A stretch of 64,000 bases of DNA, from the sequence record NC_042098.1; one strand, 5' to 3'. The translations under genes were made by a program, and so were the position numbers. Each line of letters starts with the position of its first letter. Position 1 is the first letter of the stretch. Under the pieces are notes generated by a model, which was not told where the DNA came from, searched no databases, and was given only the letters and a program-made list of their open reading frames with translations. Below are positions 1 to 8,689 of the stretch, in pieces.

Positions 1-2
1 CA

Positions 3-782
3 ACCGGTCGCTATGCTGCCCCTGAGATGAAACTGGCTCTGGATGCAGCGTTAACCGTCTGTTCAGCAAAACGCCAACTGCATACGGTGCGGGATGTGCG
101 CTTTAATGAAAGCATTGCGATTAAAGTGGTCCGTCAGATCTCGAAGTTCTATGCGACACATGACAGTGACAACTTTGCGGGTAAGTTAGGGTTACTGCGT
201 AAGAACATTGCTGGGGCAAAACATCCGTGGACCGGTCGTTGTGTGATTACCTCGCACACGGGCGACCATGACATGGATGAAGTGATCCTACCACGTTGTT
301 TGGCGATCCCGATGTTGAAATACCACATCATCAACAAACTGCGTCGTCGGAACTACACCCCAACACAATGCCTCAAACTGATCCAGGCGGGTATTAAGCA
401 AACCATCCCAGTGATCGATGAGGTGTTAGATGAACTCCTCGCAGAAAGCCCTACAGCGTCGATACGGGTATATGTGCAACGAAACCCAACCCTGCGTTGG
501 TTATCGAACCGCCGGTTCCATTGCCGAACCATCAACCGTGATCCAAATGACATCAGTATCCGTATCAGTACCTTATCTATCAAATCCTCGAATGCGGACT
601 TTGATGGCGATGAACTGAACGTGATGTTACAACTGGATAACGTCTCAGCGAACTATGCGGAAGCGTTCGGTTCACACAACTGTGTGCTGGACATGAACAC
701 CCCGCTGAAGATCTCTGGTGACGTGGGCCTGCCGGGTACATTGATCTCGACCATGAACCGTTGGATGTACAGTAACGACTAA
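3..782 (+). CDS. rpoC: Non-virion RNA polymerase beta' N-terminal subunit (phiKZ gp55/56.1-like), 5'-truncated by the window
   Basis: Catalytic motif NADFDGDELN, plus RKNIAG...GRCVIT and VQRNPTL beta' motifs. The frame is open to the window edge (TGRYAAPEM...), so the ATG at 27 is internal. Confidence 0.93.
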   Translation, partial: TGRYAAPEMKLALDAALTVCSAKRQLHTVRDVRFNESIAIKVVRQISKFYATHDSDNFAGKLGLLRKNIAGAKHPWTGRCVITSHTGDHDMDEVILPRCLAIPMLKYHIINKLRRRNYTPTQCLKLIQAGIKQTIPVIDEVLDELLAESPTASIRVYVQRNPTLRWLSNRRFHCRTINRDPNDISIRISTLSIKSSNADFDGDELNVMLQLDNVSANYAEAFGSHNCVLDMNTPLKISGDVGLPGTLISTMNRWMYSND

Positions 783-788
783 ACTTAT

Positions 789-819
789 GGCCAGGGGTAA
801 TTCCCTGGCCTTATTACCG
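789..819 (+). terminator. Hairpin followed by TTATTACCG (variant of hairpin-TTATGCCG element)
   Basis: GGCCAGGG-gtaatt-CCCTGGCC directly after the RNAP stop codon. Confidence 0.6.
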
Positions 820-833
820 ACGGGATATTTTTT

Positions 834-1481
834 ATGGATAATTTGCTCGAAAGGGGACGGTTTCTTCTTGAGAACACCGCAGCCGCCATGAACCCTTATC
901 CTTACACGATCATTTTCGTCACCACCCCAATGGATTGGGATGCCGTGGTCACTGCCATGCATGCTAATGATCCTGCAGCAAACATCATTAAACATAAAGG
1001 ACAGTTCACGACCCAACGTGATTACCAATATGTCATTTATCGAGATGAACATTGGTATATCGCTGCCGCGAACATGGGAAGTCTACCTTACAACCATTAC
1101 TACACCGGTGCGATGCTCGGCATTGCCATGGACCTGGGGCATGAGATTATTATCGATATCAGCAACCGCATCGGGAATGACGCGACTGCGGCCCCAGCGA
1201 TAACGGCGATCATGCACGATTGGTTTATGGTTAACTGGCGGGAAGCTGTGTGCGTGACCCACGAGAACTACCTGGCGTTTATTCCGGACGATGATTACTT
1301 GTACTTGAGTAACAACAAAAAGATACTCGGGCAGGTGATTCGCGCACAAGAACAACTGGGATCACCTTTAGCATTGACGTCGGCGTTACAGCGTGAGTGT
1401 CAACGTCTGATGAACACCCAGGTGGTGATCGCACCCACAGGCTGGAACGCTACTACGTATTACAGCGGAGGTGAGGTATGA
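834..1481 (+). CDS. HExxH-family paralog 1 (degenerate metal site)
   Basis: Shares IFV..WD.V, GQFTT and the C-terminal RE..LxN..V..xGW..TTY motif with the next two ORFs. HEIIID replaces HExxH. Confidence 0.75.
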   Translation: MDNLLERGRFLLENTAAAMNPYPYTIIFVTTPMDWDAVVTAMHANDPAANIIKHKGQFTTQRDYQYVIYRDEHWYIAAANMGSLPYNHYYTGAMLGIAMDLGHEIIIDISNRIGNDATAAPAITAIMHDWFMVNWREAVCVTHENYLAFIPDDDYLYLSNNKKILGQVIRAQEQLGSPLALTSALQRECQRLMNTQVVIAPTGWNATTYYSGGEV

Positions 1482-2155
1482 CGTTTGCTGAAGCTGAACA
1501 GTATATTTACAGTCTCAGTCAAGACGGCGGGGTCTATAAACAAGGGTTCATCTTTGTGTTTGATCCCGAGTCGTGGGATAAGGTGAACAGGGCGTTGGAT
1601 ATCCTGGACAATAACCGCGGGATCTGGGGGAAGAACGTTGGACAGTTCACCACCGCCGGCATGACGTCCTACGGGCCGGTGTCAGCGAGGCTTAAAGGGT
1701 ATATCGTTATTGCCGTCCATTTCACGGGTGAGCGTAAGCTGTTCAATCCAGGGTATCTGCAGCATGTGTTGAATACCGCCACCCATGAGTTGGTCCATGC
1801 TGCTCAGTTCGCTGTTCGGGCGCAGAGCTACCATGATCCGTTGATTGCTGTAGAACCACTGGCTTACCTGACCGGTTGGTTAATGGAGAAATGGATTTAT
1901 GCAGTGTGGGAGAAGTTTAACGTCACCATCTCAGTAACCCCTGCTACTACCGGTCCACTGTCGTACAACATCCTGTTTGACCTGTTGTATCGGTTCAATG
2001 AACAGCGGCTGGCGCACCGGATGGGTGATCTCACCATGACACAGATTCAGAGTGCTTTAGTTAGGGAGTCGATTAACAGCTTGAATAACGTGGCAGTGGT
2101 AAACGATATCGGTTGGTCATCAACGACGTATCTTGATGGAGTTAACAAGAAATGA
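1478..2155 (+). CDS. HExxH putative zinc metallopeptidase, paralog 2
   Basis: TATHELVHAA followed by EPLAYLTGW. 4-nt overlap with the upstream gene. Confidence 0.75.
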   Translation: MTFAEAEQYIYSLSQDGGVYKQGFIFVFDPESWDKVNRALDILDNNRGIWGKNVGQFTTAGMTSYGPVSARLKGYIVIAVHFTGERKLFNPGYLQHVLNTATHELVHAAQFAVRAQSYHDPLIAVEPLAYLTGWLMEKWIYAVWEKFNVTISVTPATTGPLSYNILFDLLYRFNEQRLAHRMGDLTMTQIQSALVRESINSLNNVAVVNDIGWSSTTYLDGVNKK

Positions 2156-2778
2156 AGATGCCGGTCAGTCAGTATGTAGATAAGTTTCTATTAAGGCTGT
2201 TCCCTTATCCGCGGCATTTTATCTTTGTCACCAGTGTTGCGGATTTTGATGCGGTGGTTACCGAACTGGCACGTCGGCAGACTGCGGCTGGGATTAGCAA
2301 TAAATGGCTGAGTCACAGAGGGCATTTCAAAGGGAATGGGATTTGTGCTTCGGGGAATCAGATCTGTGTATTAGGTGCGCTTTATGATACCGGCACGCAG
2401 CTCAGCCCAGCTAACATCGCCGGGACGATCGGTACCATGCAGCATGAAATCCAACACATGTTACTGCATACCTGTGCGCAGATTGGTTATAACCCGATGC
2501 GCGAACACGAACCGTTTACGTATTTAACGAAGTGGGTGTTTGAGTTGTTCCTGGCGTTTATGCGTAATTACCACGGCGTGATGATCACCGATGTGCAGCG
2601 GCAAGATACTGGTATGCTGAGTCGGTTGCAGAAGGGAGGGGCTTTTGAGTTACTGCACGCCCTGCCCGTTGAAAATGTTCGAGATTCATTAGCAAGAGAA
2701 TCCCGTGCATTATTAAACAACGCGGTGGTCGTCAGCCCTATTGGCGCATCCCGTTCCACAACCTATTTCGAATTATAA
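2152..2778 (+). CDS. HExxH putative zinc metallopeptidase, paralog 3
   Basis: MQHEIQHML followed by EPFTYLTKW. ATGA overlap with the upstream gene. Confidence 0.75.
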   Translation: MKMPVSQYVDKFLLRLFPYPRHFIFVTSVADFDAVVTELARRQTAAGISNKWLSHRGHFKGNGICASGNQICVLGALYDTGTQLSPANIAGTIGTMQHEIQHMLLHTCAQIGYNPMREHEPFTYLTKWVFELFLAFMRNYHGVMITDVQRQDTGMLSRLQKGGAFELLHALPVENVRDSLARESRALLNNAVVVSPIGASRSTTYFEL

Positions 2779-2785
2779 TTAACCC

Positions 2786-2811
2786 GGCCAGGGAAACCTG
2801 GCCTGTATGTC
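2786..2811 (+). terminator. GAAA-loop hairpin after the paralog triplet
   Basis: GGCCAGG-gaaa-CCTGGCC followed by TGTATGTC. Confidence 0.55.
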
Positions 2812-2826
2812 AAAAAGGAAAGTAAC

Positions 2827-3528
2827 ATGGGTATGTATACCGGCGTCTCATTTCGTTTGAAGGTCAGAAAAAATGCACCCTTGCCGGTGTTAGAATTCAT
2901 GGATAAGTTCTTCATGGAAGGTGAAACACTGCAAGCAGTGAAAGACCTACAGAAAGAAACGGGTATCCAGTTCCAATCCACAGCCATTGCATTACCGGGT
3001 GATCAGTTTCATTACAGTGAAATTGCCGATATGGTCATGATGGTTCGCGGGCACTCTTCCAGTTTTGAAAGCTGGTACTGGCGTGTTAAAGAAGATAAGG
3101 GCGATTACTGGTTGTATGAAACCCGCGCCAATACCAAACGCCCTCACCATGACCTGGCCGCCAACCTTATCCAGGCATTATTACCATGTCTGGTTATCGA
3201 AGAAGGTGAGGTGGTGCTGCGCTCCATTTATGAAGACAGCGCCCAAGAACGCGTTCTGGCATTGGTAAATGGCAAGATTATTGAGGGACGTGGTTATGAG
3301 TACGAGGATGAATACAATAGCCCGTGGAATGAAAAGGCGCCGATAGATTATGTCAAGGGTGATTTTGGTGCAATTGCACATATCCGCATCACGGAAGAAG
3401 AAGAGTTCACACCACCTTGGACTTTACAGGAACTGCGGGCCGGTGAAGAAAAAGCACGGTTAGAGAAAGAAGCTGAGCACGAACGGATACGGGCAGAAGG
3501 CGGTGGTTTCGGTTTCGGTGGTTGGTAG
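2827..3528 (+). CDS. Hypothetical phage protein (MGMYT-start type)
   Basis: 233 aa ORF with an AAGGA SD. No recognisable catalytic motif. Confidence 0.8.
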   Translation: MGMYTGVSFRLKVRKNAPLPVLEFMDKFFMEGETLQAVKDLQKETGIQFQSTAIALPGDQFHYSEIADMVMMVRGHSSSFESWYWRVKEDKGDYWLYETRANTKRPHHDLAANLIQALLPCLVIEEGEVVLRSIYEDSAQERVLALVNGKIIEGRGYEYEDEYNSPWNEKAPIDYVKGDFGAIAHIRITEEEEFTPPWTLQELRAGEEKARLEKEAEHERIRAEGGGFGFGGW

Positions 3529-3593
3529 TTTTAATTAATTTAACCTGACGTACAACACAGCAAACAATAACACAGATTAATTGAGGGTAGTTT

Positions 3594-4295
3594 ATGAACG
3601 GTATGAAGATGATGATTGGTTCCCTGCCACTGAGCAGCATGATGGGTGGTAGTCGTTCAGACGCGGGGACTTTCAATCCTGCACCGCACGCTGTCCCTTT
3701 CCGCGCAGTTGGTGAGTACATCGCGGATGCGGCATTTGAGGATCGTGGGGTGTTGGTTTCTGCAGACGGGATCGTTGCTACTGTGCGCGCCAAAAAGATG
3801 ACCTTCCAGGAAGCTGCAGATGCCCGCGGTGCAGCCACCGGACTGTATGCCATTATGTTCCCAGTCACTAACGGGGCAAAAGACGATACTGTCGTGATCA
3901 CCACTACCAGTCAGGCTGTGTTGTTTAACTTACTGGCAGTTGAAGATCTCCCTGATGAACTGTTTGTGCAGTTTGGTCTGGCAACGAATGCCGCGACGGT
4001 GAAAGCCATGACCAATGACAACAACGACCATATCCGGGTACTGGCCAATGCCGGCGGTATCGCCCCAAGCAATACCTCACCGTCCCATTTGATTGTGGAT
4101 AAGCAGCGCAATCTGATTATTGGTCATATTGTAAAAGAAGGTGATGATCAAGCAGACTTCAGTATCTTCGCCACCTCACGTAAATCCAAATCATCACAGG
4201 ACTACATTATCAACGTGAGTACCGATGATAGTGATATCATCAAGCATATCGTCCAGGCTACAGTGGAAGAGATTGCACTGGGAGACGCTGTCTAG
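3594..4295 (+). CDS. Hypothetical protein
   Basis: 233 aa ORF with a GAGG SD. Confidence 0.8.
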   Translation: MNGMKMMIGSLPLSSMMGGSRSDAGTFNPAPHAVPFRAVGEYIADAAFEDRGVLVSADGIVATVRAKKMTFQEAADARGAATGLYAIMFPVTNGAKDDTVVITTTSQAVLFNLLAVEDLPDELFVQFGLATNAATVKAMTNDNNDHIRVLANAGGIAPSNTSPSHLIVDKQRNLIIGHIVKEGDDQADFSIFATSRKSKSSQDYIINVSTDDSDIIKHIVQATVEEIALGDAV

Positions 4296-4363
4296 TCTGT
4301 AATTGCAGACAAAACCGGCGGATGATATAGCACCAGAAATTAACCGGAAGTAGGAGTAAAAGA

Positions 4364-5011
4364 ATGTCAGTCATGACAGGTGGTTTTGGCGCAATCAATG
4401 CGCTAATGTCCAACGGCCGCCCGACTCAGGGTGCCATGGAGTATTTTAACAATCAGTATCAGGGCATGCTGCAAGCAGCGCAGCAGGTGGGTAGTGTAGC
4501 GATGCAGCAGATCTATCAGATCGCAACACACACCTATGAAAACCTGATGCAGACCCGTCCGTGGGAACTGGCAGAAGCAGCGTTGCGTCAAACAGTGCAC
4601 ATGTTTGACCCGAACACGGTTCGTCAGCTTCTCAACCTGGCTGATATGCAAACCGCCAAACCGATCATGCAGCGGTGGGTGATGGCGCAACCGGATATCC
4701 GTCAGATGTATCATCAGCAGCGTATCGATGGTTACAGCGAAACGTATGAAGATGCCCAACCAGGGATGGTAGGTGCAGACCATTATGATTATCGTCGTGC
4801 AGCAAACGGCATGTTGCAGTTTGCACACACTGAAGAGGTGCCGATGGCGTCTTGGCAGGCGACGACCTATTATGAGCGTCTGGTAGAAGGTGATAACGAA
4901 CTGTCGTTCCATGAGAAGCGTGACATCCATGTAACCTGGGATGCGTGTCTGAATCTGATGAACACACAGGCGTATGATCCGACCTCCATCTTCAACATGA
5001 AGCTGGCGTAA
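4364..5011 (+). CDS. Conserved jumbo-phage protein, probable phiKZ gp59 (Imp3) position orthologue
   Basis: MQRWVMAQP..R..Y..Q..DGYS..Y.D..PG.VG..HYDYRR motif, recalled from phiKZ-like core genes. Lies between beta'N and the gp61/62-like genes. The gp59 assignment rests on synteny. Confidence 0.55.
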   Translation: MSVMTGGFGAINALMSNGRPTQGAMEYFNNQYQGMLQAAQQVGSVAMQQIYQIATHTYENLMQTRPWELAEAALRQTVHMFDPNTVRQLLNLADMQTAKPIMQRWVMAQPDIRQMYHQQRIDGYSETYEDAQPGMVGADHYDYRRAANGMLQFAHTEEVPMASWQATTYYERLVEGDNELSFHEKRDIHVTWDACLNLMNTQAYDPTSIFNMKLA

Positions 5012-5019
5012 GTTAATCG

Positions 5020-5047
5020 GAGGAGGGGCAGCCCTCCTCTTATGCCG
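5020..5047 (+). terminator. Hairpin + TTATGCCG element
   Basis: GAGGAGGG-gcag-CCCTCCTC followed by TTATGCCG (5040-5047). Confidence 0.7.
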
Positions 5048-5059
5048 TTTGGGGGTAGC

Positions 5060-5284
5060 ATGGCAAAAAAGGAACTCACGATGAAGCGACTTCAGATAGA
5101 CATCTCTGAACAGGGCTTTAGCAAACTCAATGCACTCAAGGTGAAAATGGAAACCACCGCCATGGGTAGCGTTGTCAGCCGCGCCTTATCGATTACCGAT
5201 CGTTTGTTCACCGCCAAGGAAAAAGGCAGTAAGATCCTGATCGTGGATAAAGACGGCAACGTCACCGAAATCGAATTACTGTAG
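5060..5284 (+). CDS. Ribbon-helix-helix (CopG-like) DNA-binding protein
   Basis: RLQIDISEQGFSKLNALK...GSVVSRAL fits a beta-strand + two-helix pattern. The track start at 5042 is the ATG inside TTATGCCG and is probably spurious. Confidence 0.6.
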   Translation: MAKKELTMKRLQIDISEQGFSKLNALKVKMETTAMGSVVSRALSITDRLFTAKEKGSKILIVDKDGNVTEIELL

Positions 5285-5292
5285 AGGTTAAC

Positions 5293-5520
5293 ATGGCTTG
5301 GTCTAAACGCCGTGCAAAGAAACGCATTATTCATCTACGCGGTTTTCATTATCGGGTTGAATCACGCAGTATCGCAATCTGGGAGCAGTATCGCGAATAT
5401 CATCAGCATCGCCCGCTTGGATCTGGCATTGGTCTGTTAATGTTACTTGATCCTGAAACTGGTAAACCAATCGGAGCATCCAATGGCCTTAAGCAAAACA
5501 AAAATAAAGCGTCGTACTAA
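5293..5520 (+). CDS. Small basic hypothetical protein
   Basis: GAGGT SD; N-terminus MAWSKRRAKKR. Confidence 0.65.
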   Translation: MAWSKRRAKKRIIHLRGFHYRVESRSIAIWEQYREYHQHRPLGSGIGLLMLLDPETGKPIGASNGLKQNKNKASY

Positions 5521-5767
5521 CGCGTACCATAACTACAAAACGCTGGTTGAACGCATTAGCTATAAATGCATGATAGCGCACATCGATGCTCAGGGCATCA
5601 AGCTTGAAATGAACCGCACGGGTTCGTCAATTAAAAGCGAAGACGTCCCTGCTGCAAACGAAGCCCGTCTTGCATTGAAACGTGAAATCGTCCGTCTGCG
5701 AAATATCCAGGGCCGGCGTCGTATCGTGAACGCCGGTAAGATCAAAGCGGCAATCAGCCAGTATTAA
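5483..5767 (+). CDS. Small basic hypothetical protein
   Basis: GGAG SD before the ATG at 5483 (MALSKTKIKRR). Confidence 0.65.
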   Translation: MALSKTKIKRRTNAYHNYKTLVERISYKCMIAHIDAQGIKLEMNRTGSSIKSEDVPAANEARLALKREIVRLRNIQGRRRIVNAGKIKAAISQY

Positions 5768-5770
5768 TAG

Positions 5771-5799
5771 AAGGGGTTTCGGCCCCTTTATTTTTTTTT
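5771..5799 (+). terminator. Intrinsic terminator
   Basis: AAGGGG-t-ttcg-g-CCCCTT followed by a T-tract. Confidence 0.85.
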
Positions 5800-5829
5800 G
5801 TCTTGAATAGTGAGATTTTTAAGCTGTAT

Positions 5830-5860
5830 AAAATCTCAGACCTATATAACGGCCCTGATA
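5830..5860 (+). promoter_or_regulatory. Candidate early phage promoter, copy 1
   Basis: AAAATCTCAGACCTATATaACggcccTGATA. The same motif occurs at 6436 and 28619. Confidence 0.7.
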
Positions 5861-5890
5861 GAGTAATCTAAATTAACTTGTGGAGTCGTC

Positions 5891-6421
5891 ATGAAAAACA
5901 CTACTTTTCTAATTGAAACCCTGAAACGTACCTTGGAAGAGCTGGATCAGACAACGTTATCAACTGAAGAAAAAATTGAATTAACCACCATGGTTGAGAA
6001 AGAACATTTCGCTAAGCTGTTCGGTATCCGTGCAGAAGAAACCACTCAGTTAAGTGAGCGCGATTTCTCTAAACTGACCGGTTATCAGTACAACAGTGTT
6101 TACGCGGGGTTAGATTTGGTTGGTAATTTTGACTGGGTGATCACGGCGGATGGCGCAGTCGTAACAAGAGAAATGCCTCATCACGGCAGTAACCATTGGC
6201 TGCCACCACGCAGACAATTTATATTCAGACTGATCGATGAAGGTCGTGAAATATTTAATGAAGGCACTAGACTGCTTGTTATCAGAATTGAGAACACCAT
6301 CACCAAAGAGGTCTTTTCAATTAACTTTGAAGTTGCTGATATTCAAATCGGCAGTGCGGTTGTTAAAATGGTTGAGCGTTATCTGTTCGATTATTACAGG
6401 GTCAGCGTCAAGAAACTGTAA
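5891..6421 (+). CDS. Hypothetical protein (putative early gene)
   Basis: GGAG SD; directly downstream of the promoter motif. Confidence 0.8.
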   Translation: MKNTTFLIETLKRTLEELDQTTLSTEEKIELTTMVEKEHFAKLFGIRAEETTQLSERDFSKLTGYQYNSVYAGLDLVGNFDWVITADGAVVTREMPHHGSNHWLPPRRQFIFRLIDEGREIFNEGTRLLVIRIENTITKEVFSINFEVADIQIGSAVVKMVERYLFDYYRVSVKKL

Positions 6422-6435
6422 AATATGAGTTGCAG

Positions 6436-6466
6436 AAAATCTCAGACCTATATGACTGGGGTGATA
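6436..6466 (+). promoter_or_regulatory. Candidate early phage promoter, copy 2
   Basis: AAAATCTCAGACCTATATgACtggggTGATA. Confidence 0.7.
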
Positions 6467-6524
6467 AAGAGTAGTGAATACTCTTAACCCCTAACCCAAT
6501 TAACCTTAAGTATGGAGTAGTATC

Positions 6525-6815
6525 ATGACTGTAACTTTCTCTCAGCAAATGCAGGTTGTCGAATCTATCGCTGTGATGCAGGAAAAAGCAATGGAACTGC
6601 AAGTTGCTACCAAAGCGTGTTACGACGAAGTCACCCGACTGGCCAACCGACTGGCTGACATCAACGATCCACTCGGCTTTCAGAAAGCCTATGAAGAATA
6701 TCGTGCCAAGCTGGCAGAAGCGGATGTATTAGCCGATGCTACTCGCCTGGCTTACAACATGTCAGACGCTGCACTGAAAACCATCCTGGGTGAAGCTAAC
6801 CCAACCTTTCATTAA
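6525..6815 (+). CDS. Small helical hypothetical protein (putative early gene)
   Basis: GGAG SD; Ala/Glu-rich amphipathic helices. Confidence 0.75.
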   Translation: MTVTFSQQMQVVESIAVMQEKAMELQVATKACYDEVTRLANRLADINDPLGFQKAYEEYRAKLAEADVLADATRLAYNMSDAALKTILGEANPTFH

Positions 6816-6854
6816 TAGTTAATTACTCATCGTCATTACGCCTCGGAGAAACTC

Positions 6855-7064
6855 ATGAGCGATTTTATTAGCAACCTGTTCGAAATCGCTATTGCAGTTT
6901 CTTCTGTAGTGGCGATGGTTAAATTGATTAAATCTGATAATGCCTATATTGCAGAAACAGTTCGTATCATCGATGCCTGCGCTTCTTTACAGGAAGGGCA
7001 AGTAATTCAGGGCGAAGTGGTTAACACCAAAGCCCACACAACCAACTTATACATCACCCATTAA
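6855..7064 (+). CDS. Small putative membrane protein
   Basis: GGAG SD; hydrophobic segment LFEIAIAVSSVVAMV. Confidence 0.65.
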   Translation: MSDFISNLFEIAIAVSSVVAMVKLIKSDNAYIAETVRIIDACASLQEGQVIQGEVVNTKAHTTNLYITH

Positions 7065-7086
7065 TCTACTTGTAAGGAATACACCT

Positions 7087-7548
7087 ATGTCAAACTCTAT
7101 GTTCATCTGCCTGTCACTGTTAGCGGTTATCTCTGTCTCTGGTGGTATCGCCTTTGCCAAGAGCCTGTCACCGACCCATGCCATGATGACCGCCTTTGCT
7201 TACTTACGTGAGCAACTCGGTGATGACGCAGCACAGTACGAATACGATAAACGCTCACACCTTCTTTGCATGACAAACCTGGTGGAAACTAACTATGCCC
7301 TGGTCTGCGGTAAGCACTTTGAACGCGCAGAACAAAAACGTGCATGGTTAGTTAAGGAAGCAGAAGAGATCCAGCTCACCCCGCGTCAACAACTGATGCT
7401 ACTGGACTCCTTACTGAACCTGAACACCCGTCCTGAACAAGCAAAGAAAATTGTTAAAGTACGTTCAACCAAAGAGATCGTTGACTTGGCTGCGCAGTAT
7501 GCGAGCGACAACCGTCGTATCGAAGCTCCGCTGGCCTTGTTCCGCTAA
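7087..7548 (+). CDS. Hypothetical protein with N-terminal signal/TM segment
   Basis: AAGGA SD; MFICLSLLAVISVSGGIAFA. Confidence 0.7.
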   Translation: MSNSMFICLSLLAVISVSGGIAFAKSLSPTHAMMTAFAYLREQLGDDAAQYEYDKRSHLLCMTNLVETNYALVCGKHFERAEQKRAWLVKEAEEIQLTPRQQLMLLDSLLNLNTRPEQAKKIVKVRSTKEIVDLAAQYASDNRRIEAPLALFR

Positions 7549-7582
7549 TGTAAGCTGTAGTGTATTGGTCACCTCATGACCG

Positions 7583-7616
7583 GAGCTCACCCTAACCGGT
7601 GGGCTCTTTTTTTTTT
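7583..7616 (+). terminator. Intrinsic terminator
   Basis: GAGCTCACC-ctaacc-GGTGGGCTC followed by T10. Confidence 0.85.
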
Positions 7617-7638
7617 GTCTTCTTTTTTTTGTTCGGGG

Positions 7639-7649
7639 ATTATATGTAG
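7639..7649 (+). promoter_or_regulatory. Candidate late promoter (TATG core)
   Basis: ATTATATGTAG upstream of a probable virion gene. phiKZ late promoters have a TATG core, and similar sites occur at 62834 and 34005 (minus strand). Confidence 0.4.
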
Positions 7650-7672
7650 TCCATATTAGCTAAGAGGACATT

Positions 7673-8077
7673 ATGGCAGAGCGTGTAGTTCCAACCATGT
7701 CCGTAACCGGGTACGTAACCGGCGTGACTGAAACCATTGACCGGATGTTTGCCTACTGGCTGACCGCACAATACTCTCAAACGTATCTTGCGCGCGGTAA
7801 CATCCACTCCCTTCAATATTTGATCCAGCAGTATGACGGTAACCCAGAACGTCTGTGTGATGCGGTGGTGAAAGACCTCAAGAACTATTTTACGGGTCCG
7901 TTTGATGCCGCCACGGTTACCTGTAATCCACGCTATGCAACCAGTGAGCGTGATGAGAAGTTCTATATGCTGGAGATCGATATCAAAGTCTCCAATGGTG
8001 ATATCGGTTATGATGTTGGTCGCCGTCTGCTAGAGATTGAAGACGGTATCTTTAAACGCATTGTAGGTACTCTGTAA
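7673..8077 (+). CDS. Conserved jumbo-phage protein (phiKZ gp61-like; possible gp25-like baseplate wedge)
   Basis: P.MS..G...YSQ....GNI.SL.YLIQ.Y..D motif and synteny. The gp25 fold is an inference. Confidence 0.5.
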   Translation: MAERVVPTMSVTGYVTGVTETIDRMFAYWLTAQYSQTYLARGNIHSLQYLIQQYDGNPERLCDAVVKDLKNYFTGPFDAATVTCNPRYATSERDEKFYMLEIDIKVSNGDIGYDVGRRLLEIEDGIFKRIVGTL

Positions 8078-8679
8078 TGGCACAAACCGAACACGATAAA
8101 ATGATGCACCAACGGGCAGGGTCGATTGAGCGCCGACTGGCACAGGCCGCCCAGCATGAACGTAATCCCCAGATCCAGGAAGCGGAGTTCACCCGGGTAT
8201 TCCTGCCGATGTTTGTTGGCGGGGGCGAATACATTAATCAGGATGCCTGGGTAGCGGTTGCCGGTTCTGTTAATAATGAAGTCGATGTCTTCCGCGGGCA
8301 AGAGTATCTTTATACCCTGCCGGCCTTAGCCATCCCGATTCGCTCTGAGATCTCCAGTCGTAGCCAGAACGGTCGCATGGGTGATAACTGGATGGGCACA
8401 GGCTTAAACGCCGCAGACGATCCAGGGTCAATTGAGAGCGTGATGTCGATTGATGCCAAGGGTAAGCAGGTTGCGTTAGCCAGTACTGCTGAGGAGCACA
8501 TGGCGCGCTGGGATGAGGTGTTCAAACGCTACGGGCTGGACTACCGTGTAATCCGTGCTGACCTCCATGAACGTAAAACAGGTCAGAAAGTTAATCCCAA
8601 CATTATCGATCAATCAGATAAGGCATTAGCGACTAAACAGGTTGAGCTCGATGACAACGGTGATTACGAAGACTACTAA
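8077..8679 (+). CDS. Conserved jumbo-phage protein (phiKZ gp62-like)
   Basis: F...FLP.F.G...W..VAG....EV.V motif and synteny. TAATG coupling to the upstream gene. Confidence 0.5.
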   Translation: MAQTEHDKMMHQRAGSIERRLAQAAQHERNPQIQEAEFTRVFLPMFVGGGEYINQDAWVAVAGSVNNEVDVFRGQEYLYTLPALAIPIRSEISSRSQNGRMGDNWMGTGLNAADDPGSIESVMSIDAKGKQVALASTAEEHMARWDEVFKRYGLDYRVIRADLHERKTGQKVNPNIIDQSDKALATKQVELDDNGDYEDY

Positions 8680-8689
8680 AAAACCTGGC

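Noticed and set aside
5789-7630. Poly-T tracts (5791, 7607, 7621; also 30973, 43101) as phase-variation sites
   Set aside because: All are intergenic and follow hairpins or gene ends, so they are explained as terminator U-tracts.
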